In this document: positions 10,991 through 21,592 of the stretch, piece by piece
Position numbering within the stretch: position 1 is the first letter of the stretch
How the letters are laid out: each line of letters opens with the position of its first letter
Source: an uncultured Microthrixaceae bacterium
GTDB lineage: Bacteria; Actinomycetota; Acidimicrobiia; Acidimicrobiales; DATDAH01
Direction of reading: 5' to 3'
Assembly: GCA_963748285.1 (NCBI GenBank)
Contig: CAVVIF010000009.1
Location: 1,171,217-1,235,216, forward strand
DNA: 64,000 nucleotides
The notes under the pieces: model-generated
Told to the model about the DNA's origin: nothing
The model's database searches: none
The model's input: only the letters and a program-made list of their open reading frames with translations
Program-made: the position numbers and the translations under genes

Positions 10991-11452
10991 GTGACTGACG
11001 ACATCGAGGAAATGGGCCCGATCGACTGGATCCTCATCGAGTTCTCCGGGCCACCGACCGGAGCGGCCGCGCCGCACCTGATCGACCTGGTGGACCGAGG
11101 TCTCATCCGGATCATCGACCTGCTGGTGGTCAACAAGGACGCGGAGGGGACCCTCACGATCATGGAGCTGGCCGATCTCGACGGCGACGGCGAGCTCGAC
11201 CTGGCCGTGTTCGAAGGCGTCCGCTCGGGCGTCCTGGGCGAGGAGGACGTCGCCGAGGCGGCCACGGCCCTGGAGCCCGACACCTCGGGCATCTTCCTGC
11301 TCTACGAGAACGTGTGGGCCGCGCCGTTCGCCGTCGCCGTCCGCAAGGCAGGCGGCCAGCTCGTGGCCTCCGGCCGCATACCCATCCAGTCCATCGTCGC
11401 GGCGCTCGACGAGCTCGACGCCGACGACCCAGCTGAGGAGATCACACCATGA
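10991..11452 (+). CDS. DUF6325-like protein
   Basis: MGPIDWILIEF, GLIRIIDLLVV, LLYENVWAAPF, GGQLVASGRIP; usual partner of a downstream SHOCT gene. Confidence 0.8.
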   Translation: MTDDIEEMGPIDWILIEFSGPPTGAAAPHLIDLVDRGLIRIIDLLVVNKDAEGTLTIMELADLDGDGELDLAVFEGVRSGVLGEEDVAEAATALEPDTSGIFLLYENVWAAPFAVAVRKAGGQLVASGRIPIQSIVAALDELDADDPAEEITP

Positions 11453-11751
11453 TGCGTCGTCGAGGAGGCCTCGTACGAGGCGTAGCGCGCACGGCGGTCG
11501 TCGCCGGAACGGCCACCGCCGTGTCCGGTCGGGTGGCCCGCCGGCAGAACAACAAGTGGGCTGATCAGGAACAGGCTCAGTACGAGCAGCAGGTGGCCGA
11601 GCAGCCGGTCTACCAGGCGCCCCCGCCGGCTCCTGCGCCGGCCGCGGACGACGACATGGCCGAGATCACGAAGCTGGCCGAGCTCCACTCCCAGGGCATC
11701 CTCACCGACGAGGAGTTCGCGGCCAAGAAGGCCCAGATCCTCGGGATCTGA
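11449..11751 (+). CDS. SHOCT domain-containing protein
   Basis: ARTAVVAGTATAVSGRVARRQ N-terminus, Pro/Gln linker, LAELHSQGILTDEEFAAKKAQILG. Confidence 0.88.
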   Translation: MMRRRGGLVRGVARTAVVAGTATAVSGRVARRQNNKWADQEQAQYEQQVAEQPVYQAPPPAPAPAADDDMAEITKLAELHSQGILTDEEFAAKKAQILGI

Positions 11752-11770
11752 CCCGCCACCCGCCGCCGCC

Positions 11771-12505
11771 GACCCCTACGGGGGCCTCGCAGAGCGGTAC
11801 CACTGGCTGTATGACGACTTCTCGGCCCGGGTCGGTACACGCACGCCCGGGGTCCAGGCGGCCCTCCGCGACCTGTCCCCCGGCGCCGCGGTGCTGGACG
11901 CCGCGTGTGGCATCGGCATAGACGCTCTCGCCCTCCACCGGCGCGGCCTCCGGGTCACGGCCACCGACGCCAGCCGGGCCATGGTCGAGCAGTGTCGGGC
12001 GCGCCTGGGCGAGGCCGACGTCGACCTACCGGTCAGCATCTGCACCTGGGAGGATCTGCCCGCTCGGTTCGGAGCCGTGTTCGACGCCGTGCTCTGCACC
12101 GGGAACTCGCTGGCCCACACGCTCTCGGACGAGGCCCGCCGCGCGGCGGTGGCGGGTCTCGCGGGTGTCCTCGCCCCCCTTGGCTCCCTCGTCCTCGACA
12201 GTCAGGACTGGTCGGTCCTGCACCGGCAAGGGAGCCACACCGACGACGACCCCCTCGTGGTCGAGCGGGACGGGCACCGGGTCACCCGACGGTTCGACTG
12301 GCAGGTCCCGGAGCGGTTCGGAGATCTGATCCGGCTCACCCTCACACTCCGCATCGACGGGGTCGTCACCGTGAGTCACGAGGTGACGTTCCGGCCGTTC
12401 ACGACGGACACCCTCGTCGACGAGCTTCGCGGGGCCGGGCTCGCCGAGGTCACGGTGACCCAGGTCCCCGGCGACGACAGGTTCGCCGTGGTCGCCCGGC
12501 GCTGA
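11771..12505 (+). CDS. Class I SAM-dependent methyltransferase (start uncertain)
   Basis: VLDAACGIG motif I and FDAVLCTGNSLAH; frame stays open upstream of 11891 with DPYGGLAERYHWLYDDF. Confidence 0.8.
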   Translation, partial: DPYGGLAERYHWLYDDFSARVGTRTPGVQAALRDLSPGAAVLDAACGIGIDALALHRRGLRVTATDASRAMVEQCRARLGEADVDLPVSICTWEDLPARFGAVFDAVLCTGNSLAHTLSDEARRAAVAGLAGVLAPLGSLVLDSQDWSVLHRQGSHTDDDPLVVERDGHRVTRRFDWQVPERFGDLIRLTLTLRIDGVVTVSHEVTFRPFTTDTLVDELRGAGLAEVTVTQVPGDDRFAVVARR

Positions 12506-12539
12506 CCCCGTCCGCTCGACACCCCTAGGATCGGGGGCA

Positions 12540-12968
12540 ATGACCCAGACCACGCGATCGCTGCCCAAGGACCCGTCGTCGGTCACGAACCTCCGGCTGG
12601 CGAAGATCCTGCCCTGGCTGATCTACGCCTACCTGCTCCTCGAGGTCATCGTGCTGACGCTGGCCTTCTTCCTGCTGCTGTTCAACGCCAGCACCGAGGC
12701 CGACTTCACCCAGTGGGTCTACCGCAGTGCCGATCGGGCCCTCGAGCCGTTCCGGGGGATCTTCCCGTCGGCGACCGCCGACAACGGCTCGGTCCTCGAC
12801 TTCGCCGTGCTGTTCGCCATCATCGTCTACGGCATCCTGGCCATGCTCGCCCAGAGCGTGATCCACTGGATCGACCGCAAGATCATGGAGGAGCGGGCGA
12901 AGGCCCGGTGGCTGGCGGAGGGCAACACGGCCCCGACCCCGCCTCCCCCGGTCACCCCCCAGGGATGA
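12540..12968 (+). CDS. YggT family membrane protein
   Basis: Two TMs flanking FTQWVY...LEPFRGIFP...VLDFAVLFAIIVY. Confidence 0.75.
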   Translation: MTQTTRSLPKDPSSVTNLRLAKILPWLIYAYLLLEVIVLTLAFFLLLFNASTEADFTQWVYRSADRALEPFRGIFPSATADNGSVLDFAVLFAIIVYGILAMLAQSVIHWIDRKIMEERAKARWLAEGNTAPTPPPPVTPQG

Positions 12969-13049
12969 CGATCGCGGCGACAGGGGCGACGATCATGGGC
13001 GGTCCCCCTCCGCCCCCCTCCGTTCGCCATGGCCCGCCGGTAGGCGGGC

Positions 13050-13700
13050 TCAGGCCCGACCGTCGAGGCCAAGGGCCACGTTGAGCAGCTGACGCAGCAT
13101 CCGGGCGGTGGCGCCCCAGATGGTGTCGCCCTCGATCTCGAAGAAGGTCAGCGGCCGGTCGTGGCCGCCGGGGAAGCGCCAGACCTCCTCGTGGAACGCC
13201 TCGGGGTCGAGCAGCTCGGCCAGCGGAACGTGGAGGATGTGCTCGACCTCGCCGGGGTCGGCGACGAGGGCCTCGGGCGCCCCCGGGAGGATCCCGACGA
13301 AGGGGTGGATCAGGGAGCGGCTGGTGAAGGTGCTCAGCTGGTCCAGGCGCCCCACGACCTCGACCGTCGACGGCTCGAGCCGGATCTCCTCGTGCGCCTC
13401 GCGCAGGGCGGTGGCCACGAGATCGGCGTCCTCGTCCTCCTGGCGCCCCCCGGGGAAGCTGACCTCCCCGTGGTGGTTGCGCAGGTGGGCCGCCCTGCGG
13501 GTCAGGACCACCGTGGGACCCTGGTCGCCGACGTAGAGCGGCGCCAAGACCGCCGACTGACGGGGGGAGGCCACGGGCACGGGACCGTCGATGACCCGGG
13601 GCTCGCCCAGCGCGGCCAAGCGCTCGGGCAGGACGGCGAGGTCGATGGCCTTGGCGGCCGGCGCCAGTCCGGCCCACGGCGGCGGGCCGCCGGGGCGCAT
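13050..13700 (-). CDS. CoA pyrophosphatase (NUDIX hydrolase, NudL-like)
   Basis: VLTRRAAHLRNHHGEVSFPGG, NUDIX box ALREAHEEI, IWGATA. Confidence 0.92.
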   Translation of the reverse strand: MRPGGPPPWAGLAPAAKAIDLAVLPERLAALGEPRVIDGPVPVASPRQSAVLAPLYVGDQGPTVVLTRRAAHLRNHHGEVSFPGGRQEDEDADLVATALREAHEEIRLEPSTVEVVGRLDQLSTFTSRSLIHPFVGILPGAPEALVADPGEVEHILHVPLAELLDPEAFHEEVWRFPGGHDRPLTFFEIEGDTIWGATARMLRQLLNVALGLDGRA

Positions 13701-13753
13701 GTCGGCCGGTCGGGGGATGACCTGGTCGCCACCCCTCGGCCGGGGGGCGGTGC

Positions 13754-13906
13754 TCAGGGGGCGGTGCTCCCGGCGAGCTGCTCCAGCAGGTCGCGCAGGC
13801 CGCCCACCTTCAGGTTCTTCATGACCGTTCCGGGCGTGGTGTCACCCTTCTCCCACTCCATCCAGTGCTCGAGCAGCTTGGCGGGGTCGGGGGGCGGACG
13901 GTCCAT
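13754..13906 (-). CDS. Small hypothetical protein (50 aa)
   Basis: MDRPPPDPAKLLEHWMEWEKGDTTPGTVMKNLKVGGLRDLLEQLAGSTAP; strongly GC3-biased codons; fills the groEL-NUDIX gap. Confidence 0.7.
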   Translation of the reverse strand: MDRPPPDPAKLLEHWMEWEKGDTTPGTVMKNLKVGGLRDLLEQLAGSTAP

Positions 13907-13936
13907 GGCCGGATCGTACCGACGGCGGCACGCGCA

Positions 13937-13962
13937 ACGGCCGGGCCCGAGGGCCCGGCCGT
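13937..13962 (-). terminator. Stem-loop downstream of groEL
   Basis: ACGGCCGGGCCC-GA-GGGCCCGGCCGT inverted repeat about 27 nt after the groEL stop. Confidence 0.65.
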
Positions 13963-13988
13963 GACGCAGTTCCTGGTGGGGAACGGGA

Positions 13989-15943
<1,955 letters not shown>

Positions 15944-15981
15944 GTGCTCTCCTCAGTGTCTTCCTGGCCGCGCGGCGACCG

Positions 15982-16008
15982 TTAGCACTCTCACTAGGTG
16001 AGTGCCAA
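15982..16008. promoter_or_regulatory. CIRCE element (HrcA operator)
   Basis: TTAGCACTC-N9-GAGTGCCAA about 40 nt upstream of groES. Confidence 0.95.
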
Positions 16009-16054
16009 CGATAGGAGGCACCCCCTCGGAGGCGCAACCTCTCCGCCGGGCGAT

Positions 16055-17050
16055 TCAGCCCAGACGCAGGCCGGGGTCGGCTCCGAGCTCGAGGGGCGAG
16101 GGACCATCGGCTTGCAGACGCCACCACGCACAGGACGCCACCATCGCCGCGTTGTCGGTGCACATGGCCCGGCTGGGGACGAAGCCGGGGCGCCCGTCCT
16201 CACCCGCGGCGGCCAGGAAGCGCTCCCGCAGGCGGGAGTTGGCCGCCACCCCGCCCCCCAACGCCATGCCCTTCGCCCCGATCTCGTCTGCGGCCCGGCG
16301 GGCCTTGGCCACCAGGACGTCGACCACGGCCTCCTGGAACGAGGCGGCCACGTCCTCGACGGCCCCGTCGGGGTGCCGGCGGACGTGGTTGACCACCGCG
16401 GTCTTGAGGCCGCTGAACGAGAAATCGAGGGTGTCGCCGGGCATCGCCCGAGGGAAGGCGATGGCGGTGGGGTCCCCGCCCTGGGCCAGGCGGTCGATGA
16501 TCGGCCCGCCCGGGTAGCCGAGGCCGAGGTGGCGAGCCACCTTGTCGAAGGCCTCGCCCGCCGCGTCGTCGAGCGTCGAGCCGAGCACCCGGTAGCGGCC
16601 GTGACCCTCCATGGCCACGAGCATGGTGTGACCACCCGAGACGAGCAGGAACACCAGCGGCAGCTCGAGGTCGGGCTCCTCCAACAGGGCGGCATAGAGA
16701 TGGGCCTCGAGGTGGTTGACGCCGACGAAGGGCACGTCCCACACCAGGGCCAGGGCTTTCGCCGCGCTCACCCCCACGAGCAGGGCGCCCACGAGCCCGG
16801 GCCCGTGGGTGGCGGCCACCGCGGCGATGTCGTGGCCCTCGACCCCGGCCTCGACCAGTGCGTCGGCCACCACGGGCGTGATCAACTCGACGTGGGCGCG
16901 GCTGGCGATCTCGGGCACGACGCCGCCGAACTCGGCGTGGAGGTCGATCTGGCTGGAGACGATCGACGAGCGCACGTCGCGACCGCAGGCCACCACGGCT
17001 GCGGCCGTCTCGTCACACGACGTCTCGATGCCCAGCACCAAGCCGCTCAT
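16055..17050 (-). CDS. tsaD: tRNA threonylcarbamoyltransferase TsaD
   Basis: LGIETSCDET, GGVVPEIASRAH, HLEAH, DDAAGEAFDK, FSFSGLKT, CTDNAAM. Confidence 0.97.
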   Translation of the reverse strand: MSGLVLGIETSCDETAAAVVACGRDVRSSIVSSQIDLHAEFGGVVPEIASRAHVELITPVVADALVEAGVEGHDIAAVAATHGPGLVGALLVGVSAAKALALVWDVPFVGVNHLEAHLYAALLEEPDLELPLVFLLVSGGHTMLVAMEGHGRYRVLGSTLDDAAGEAFDKVARHLGLGYPGGPIIDRLAQGGDPTAIAFPRAMPGDTLDFSFSGLKTAVVNHVRRHPDGAVEDVAASFQEAVVDVLVAKARRAADEIGAKGMALGGGVAANSRLRERFLAAAGEDGRPGFVPSRAMCTDNAAMVASCAWWRLQADGPSPLELGADPGLRLG

Positions 17051-17577
17051 GCCGCCCGCACCTCCGCCGGGGGCAGCTCGGCCTCGATGGCGTCCAGCCG
17101 CCCGGCGTAGTCGTCGGAGTCCACGTCGTGGGCCCACATGATCAGCGCGTCCTCCCCCACTTCGGCGTAGTAGTTCTTCCTGATGCCCGCCGGCGCGAAG
17201 CCGAAGCGCCGGTAGAGGGCCTTCGCCGGCTCGTTGCCCGCCCGCACCTCGAGGGTCAGGGCCTTCGTGCCCCGGCGCCGGGCCTCCCGGGCCAGGACGG
17301 CCAGGAGCCGGGTGCCGATGCGGCGGCCCTGGTGGTCGGGGTGGACCGACAGTGTGGTGACGTGGGCCTCGTCGACCACGAACATCAGGCCACCGAAGCC
17401 GACCAGGCGACCGCCGGTCCGGGCGATCCGATAGGCGCGCGAGGCCTCGGGCAGAGCCAGCTCGCCCCGGAAGAGCTCCGCGGACCACGGGTTGGCGGAG
17501 ACCATCCGCTCGATGCGGCTCACCGCCGAGATGTGCCGGCGCCGCAACGGCTCGATGCGCAACGATGCTGTGCTCAT
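17047..17577 (-). CDS. rimI: Ribosomal protein S18 alanine N-acetyltransferase
   Basis: GNAT motifs QGRRIG, TLEVRAGN, LYRRFGF, RKNYY; lies between tsaB and tsaD. Confidence 0.93.
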   Translation of the reverse strand: MSTASLRIEPLRRRHISAVSRIERMVSANPWSAELFRGELALPEASRAYRIARTGGRLVGFGGLMFVVDEAHVTTLSVHPDHQGRRIGTRLLAVLAREARRRGTKALTLEVRAGNEPAKALYRRFGFAPAGIRKNYYAEVGEDALIMWAHDVDSDDYAGRLDAIEAELPPAEVRAA

Positions 17578-18266
17578 GGTGACGGCGCCGTGAACTTCTG
17601 GGCGTCGGGCGCCCGGAGGTAGATGGGGGCGAGCTCGCGGGGGGCGACGAACTCCTCGCGCACGGCCCGGGCGTGGGCCAGGCCGACCAGCACCGCGGCG
17701 GAGGGATGGGCCAGCTCCGGACCACCGAACTGAAGGTGGTCGGCCTCGGCGAAGACCTCGCGGTGGCGCACGGCGCCGTCGCCGACCAGCAGGCAGTCGT
17801 CGCCCTGGGCCAGGAGCTCGGAGGCCAGCTCCTCGGGACGGAGCACGACCGGCGCCATGATCTGCTGCACCCCGCCGGGCACCGGCCGGTAGAGGGCGGC
17901 GAAGACCTCCCCCCGTCGGGCGTCGACCGCGGCGGCGATCAGCCGGTCGGTCAGGTACGCGGCGTGGGCCAGCAGGTCGAGGCTGGTGATGCCCACCATC
18001 GGGACCTCGAGGGCCGAGGCGATGGTGATGGCCGTCGTGAAGCCCACCCGCAGGCCGGTGAACAGCCCGGGGCCGACGTCGACGGCGACGGCGCCCACCT
18101 TGGCCAGCGAGACCTCGGCCTGGGCGCACACGGAGTGGATCTGGGGGGCGAGGGCCTCGGCGTGGCGGCGGGCCGCCCGGAGGTGCTGCTGGGCCAGCAC
18201 GCCGTCCTGGTCCCCGAGGGCGCAACCCACCTGGTCGGTGGCGGTGTCGATGCCGAGGATCAGCAC
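17574..18266 (-). CDS. tsaB: t6A biosynthesis protein TsaB
   Basis: LGIDTAT, GPGLFTGLRVG, DARRGEVF, PIYLRAPDA. Confidence 0.95.
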   Translation of the reverse strand: MLILGIDTATDQVGCALGDQDGVLAQQHLRAARRHAEALAPQIHSVCAQAEVSLAKVGAVAVDVGPGLFTGLRVGFTTAITIASALEVPMVGITSLDLLAHAAYLTDRLIAAAVDARRGEVFAALYRPVPGGVQQIMAPVVLRPEELASELLAQGDDCLLVGDGAVRHREVFAEADHLQFGGPELAHPSAAVLVGLAHARAVREEFVAPRELAPIYLRAPDAQKFTAPSP

Positions 18267-18724
18267 GTCGCCTCGAGATCCCGGACACGGGACGCCCACC
18301 CGGGCCCGCCCGGCTCGAAGTCCAGCTCCCGGTCGTCGTCACCCGCCCCGAAGGCGATGGCGATCTCCAGCCGGTCGATCGGCAGGATCCCCCGCAGGCG
18401 GTCACCCCACTCGATCACCGTGACGGCATCGTCGTCCAGGAGCTCGTCGAGGGCGAGGTCGGCAGCCTCCTCGGGCCCGGCCAGGCGGTACGCGTCGAGG
18501 TGGTGCACCGTGAGCCGCCCACCGTCGTAGCGCTGGGCGATGGTGAAGGTCGGGCTGGTGACCGGGTCGGGTGAGCCCAGGGCGGCGACCAGGCCCTTCA
18601 CGAAGGCGGTCTTGCCCGCCCCGAGGTCACCGAGAAGGACGATCAGGTCCCCGGCCACGACGAGGGGCGCCACACGGGCCGCGAGCGCGGTCGTCTCGTC
18701 GACACCGGCGGTGAGGCGGCGCAT
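18260..18724 (-). CDS. tsaE: t6A biosynthesis ATPase TsaE
   Basis: GDLGAGKT P-loop, VTSPTF, HLDAYRL, IEW. Confidence 0.95.
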   Translation of the reverse strand: MRRLTAGVDETTALAARVAPLVVAGDLIVLLGDLGAGKTAFVKGLVAALGSPDPVTSPTFTIAQRYDGGRLTVHHLDAYRLAGPEEAADLALDELLDDDAVTVIEWGDRLRGILPIDRLEIAIAFGAGDDDRELDFEPGGPGWASRVRDLEATC

Positions 18725-18787
18725 GCACTGAGTATGCAACGGCAGGCTGGTCACGGTTCGGGTCGGAGGTGCTCGATCGAACCGGAC

Positions 18788-20095
18788 CTACCTCCCATGG
18801 GGTGGCCGGGGGCGCGCCGTCCAGGGCGTCCGCCTTGCGATCGAGCCGGACACGTCACCGACGAAGCGACCGGTGGCCGCGGCCCAGTCGACCAGGAGGG
18901 TGCCGGCCAGGACACCGATGGCGATGGCGAAGATGGACACCACGGTCGCAAGGAGGTCCTGGGTACCGGCGGCATCGGCATCGCCGGCGAGCTGGGTCAG
19001 CCCGATCAGACCGAGTGCCCCCGGCACGAGGAGCCAGAAACCGGGCAGGAACGACGCATGGGGCGGCATCGCGGAGGGGACGCGGGAGACCCAGTAGGCG
19101 ACCGGCGTCATCACGAGGGCCCCGACGAACGCGCTCACGTAACCGCCGAAGAGCGCATTGCCCAGCACCTGCCCGCCCCAGGCGGCGAGCAGCACGATGA
19201 GCAGGCCGGGGAAGGCCCGTCCGGGCGCGGAGTTGGCCACCGTCACGCCGATGGCGAAGACGAGGACGCCGAGCCAGGGGGCCCAGGCGCCGAGCACGTC
19301 GTCGGATCCCCCGAACACGACCGCGGACCGCACGCCCGCGGCTTCGATGCCGGCGATGATGCCGAACGTGAGCATCGCCAGTTGCATGGCCCCGGCAACC
19401 AGCCGACTCGATCCCGACACGACCTGACCCGTCGCCAGTTCGAGCACGGCCATGGTCAGGCTGGCCCCGGGGAGGAACACGATCAGGGAGGCGACGATCG
19501 CCGGCAGGCCCTGGCTCGTGAGGTCGTGCTCGACGGCGAGGGCCCCCAGCACGGAGACCATCAAGGCGGCGATGATCGGCAACAGCACCTGCAGGGGTGG
19601 GCTCCGCTCGGTGAGGGTGCGCAGGATGCCGACGAGAGCGCCGAACACCGCGGCCGCCGCGACATCGCGGGGAGCCGGGTGGAGCACGAGGCAGAGACCA
19701 GCGGTCAACACCGCGTAGCCGACGATGCTGAGCAGGCGCCCGAAGCGCGGCGGCATGTCGCCGATCGCGTCCAGGGCGGCCAACCCCTCCGCCGGAGGGA
19801 TCGCGCCCTGCTCGGCCCGGTGGACCAGCTCGTCGAGCGCGGCGATCTGATCGAGTCGCGGGGTCGGGGCCAACGCGGTGAGCTCGAGGGCAGCCGGCTC
19901 ACCGCGACCCATGGCCACCATGAGGAAGGTCGGGAAGGCGGTGATGCGGGCGCTGTGGGCGCCGTACGCCTCGGCCACGCGGGTCAACCGCTCCTGGACG
20001 TGGTGGACCGGCTCGCCGGCGGCGTTCATGTCCGCGCCGAGCCGGACGACGAAGGCCTGGAGCTCGCCGAGGTCGAGCGGACCGGGGGCGCTCAC
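18788..20095 (-). CDS. Threonine/serine exporter family protein (ThrE-like)
   Basis: N-terminal soluble region, about 10 TMs, LPGASLTMAVLEL..G..VSGSSR, FWLLVPGALG. Confidence 0.82.
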   Translation of the reverse strand: MSAPGPLDLGELQAFVVRLGADMNAAGEPVHHVQERLTRVAEAYGAHSARITAFPTFLMVAMGRGEPAALELTALAPTPRLDQIAALDELVHRAEQGAIPPAEGLAALDAIGDMPPRFGRLLSIVGYAVLTAGLCLVLHPAPRDVAAAAVFGALVGILRTLTERSPPLQVLLPIIAALMVSVLGALAVEHDLTSQGLPAIVASLIVFLPGASLTMAVLELATGQVVSGSSRLVAGAMQLAMLTFGIIAGIEAAGVRSAVVFGGSDDVLGAWAPWLGVLVFAIGVTVANSAPGRAFPGLLIVLLAAWGGQVLGNALFGGYVSAFVGALVMTPVAYWVSRVPSAMPPHASFLPGFWLLVPGALGLIGLTQLAGDADAAGTQDLLATVVSIFAIAIGVLAGTLLVDWAAATGRFVGDVSGSIARRTPWTARPRPPHGR

Positions 20096-20374
20096 GGCAC
20101 CGGACGGATCGGCGGGAGAGGGTGGACGACGACGTTCCGCCGCGTTCTGATGCCCAGGAAGCACACCCCCGTCACGGTCATCCGATGGTGTCGTCGCTCA
20201 TGGCCTTCCTCGGCCCTCTCGGCCCGAGGTCGACCCTAGCCAACGGGGTCCAGCGCCGGATCCGTCCCCGTCGCGCCGTCGCACCGTTCGGCCCTCGGAC
20301 GGAACGGCCATGACGAGCACGGCTTGCACGAGCGATGATCGTGGCCGCGAGATCCCCGATCCGAGGAGGCCACC

Positions 20375-20899
20375 ATGCCCATCGACACCTTCTTCGCCTA
20401 CATCGGCGTGTACGCGGACGTCGACGACGCCCTCGCCGACTATGACGCCGTCAAGCAACTGCACGTGGAGACCGGCCTGATCGACGCCTACGACGCGGCG
20501 GTGGTCGAGCGTCGCGAGAGCGGCAAGGTCAAGATCGTGAAGAAGCACGAGACGCCCACCCGGGTGGGAGGCGTGATGGGGGGCGGCGTCGGCTTGGCGA
20601 CGGGGCTCGTCGTGGCCCTGTTCCCGGCCGCAGCCATCGGAGGCGGCCTGCTGGCTGCGGCCACCGGGGGCGGGGCCGTCCTCGGTGCGGTCGCGGGGCA
20701 CGCCGCCGGCGGCATGAGTCGGTCGGACCTGAAAGAGGCCGGCGAGGCACTGGACGCCGGTACCGCCGGGCTCGTCGTGGTCGCCGTGTCCGACATGGAG
20801 GCCAAGATCGAGGCGGCGATGGCCAAGGCCGAGAAGATCCAGGCGAAGCAGCTCGAGGCGGACACCGCCGAGATCGAACGCGACGCCCAGGAGGGCTGA
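20375..20899 (+). CDS. DUF1269 domain-containing protein
   Basis: YDAAVVER..GKVKI followed by a Gly-zipper hairpin GGVMGGGVGLATG; good RBS GAGGAGG. Confidence 0.82.
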   Translation: MPIDTFFAYIGVYADVDDALADYDAVKQLHVETGLIDAYDAAVVERRESGKVKIVKKHETPTRVGGVMGGGVGLATGLVVALFPAAAIGGGLLAAATGGGAVLGAVAGHAAGGMSRSDLKEAGEALDAGTAGLVVVAVSDMEAKIEAAMAKAEKIQAKQLEADTAEIERDAQEG

Positions 20900-20934
20900 G
20901 CCGGCAGGCGGGCCGGCGCCGAACGCCGTCGCCG

Positions 20935-21582
20935 TCAGTCGAACAGGCGGACGTCGCCGGCAGGCGGGTCGGCCCGAGGCGGCTCCGGCCGGGCCGACTC
21001 CGAAACGGGCTCGGCGACCGGGGGCGGGCCACCCAGGGCCTGCTTGGCCCGGACCAGGTCGGCTCGCATCTGGGCCATCTGCTGGGCCCCACCCCGCAGG
21101 ACGGCGGCGGGGTGGAAGGTCGGGACGAGCACGCCGGTCCGGTAGGGGTACGAGCGACCCCGGAGCTTGGTGATCCCCTCCTTGGTCGACAGGAGCGTCC
21201 GGGTGGCGAAGTTGCCGACGGTGACGACGACCCGCGGGGCGATGAGCTCGAGCTGCTGCTCGAGCCACGGGTTGCAGGCCTCGATCTCCTCCGGTCGCGG
21301 GTCCCGGTTGTCGGGCGGGCGGCACTTGACGACGTTGGCGATGTAGAAGCCGTCCCGGGTCAGGCCCATCTCCTCCAGCACGAGCTGGTCGAGGAGCTTG
21401 CCCGATCGCCCGACGAAGGGCTGACCCAGCCGGTCCTCCTCCGCACCGGGGCCCTCGCCCACGAAGAGGAGGTCGGCGTGGGGATCACCGACGCCGAAGA
21501 CGACCTGCGTGCGGGTCTCGGCCAGGCCGCAACGCACGCAGGTGGCGGCTTCGGCCGCGACCACCTGGAGGTCGTTGGACAC
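20935..21582 (-). CDS. Uracil-DNA glycosylase family 4
   Basis: C..C, GEGPG, PFVGRSG, KCRP..NR, FHPA motifs. Confidence 0.93.
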   Translation of the reverse strand: MSNDLQVVAAEAATCVRCGLAETRTQVVFGVGDPHADLLFVGEGPGAEEDRLGQPFVGRSGKLLDQLVLEEMGLTRDGFYIANVVKCRPPDNRDPRPEEIEACNPWLEQQLELIAPRVVVTVGNFATRTLLSTKEGITKLRGRSYPYRTGVLVPTFHPAAVLRGGAQQMAQMRADLVRAKQALGGPPPVAEPVSESARPEPPRADPPAGDVRLFD

Positions 21583-21592
21583 GGGGGGAACG

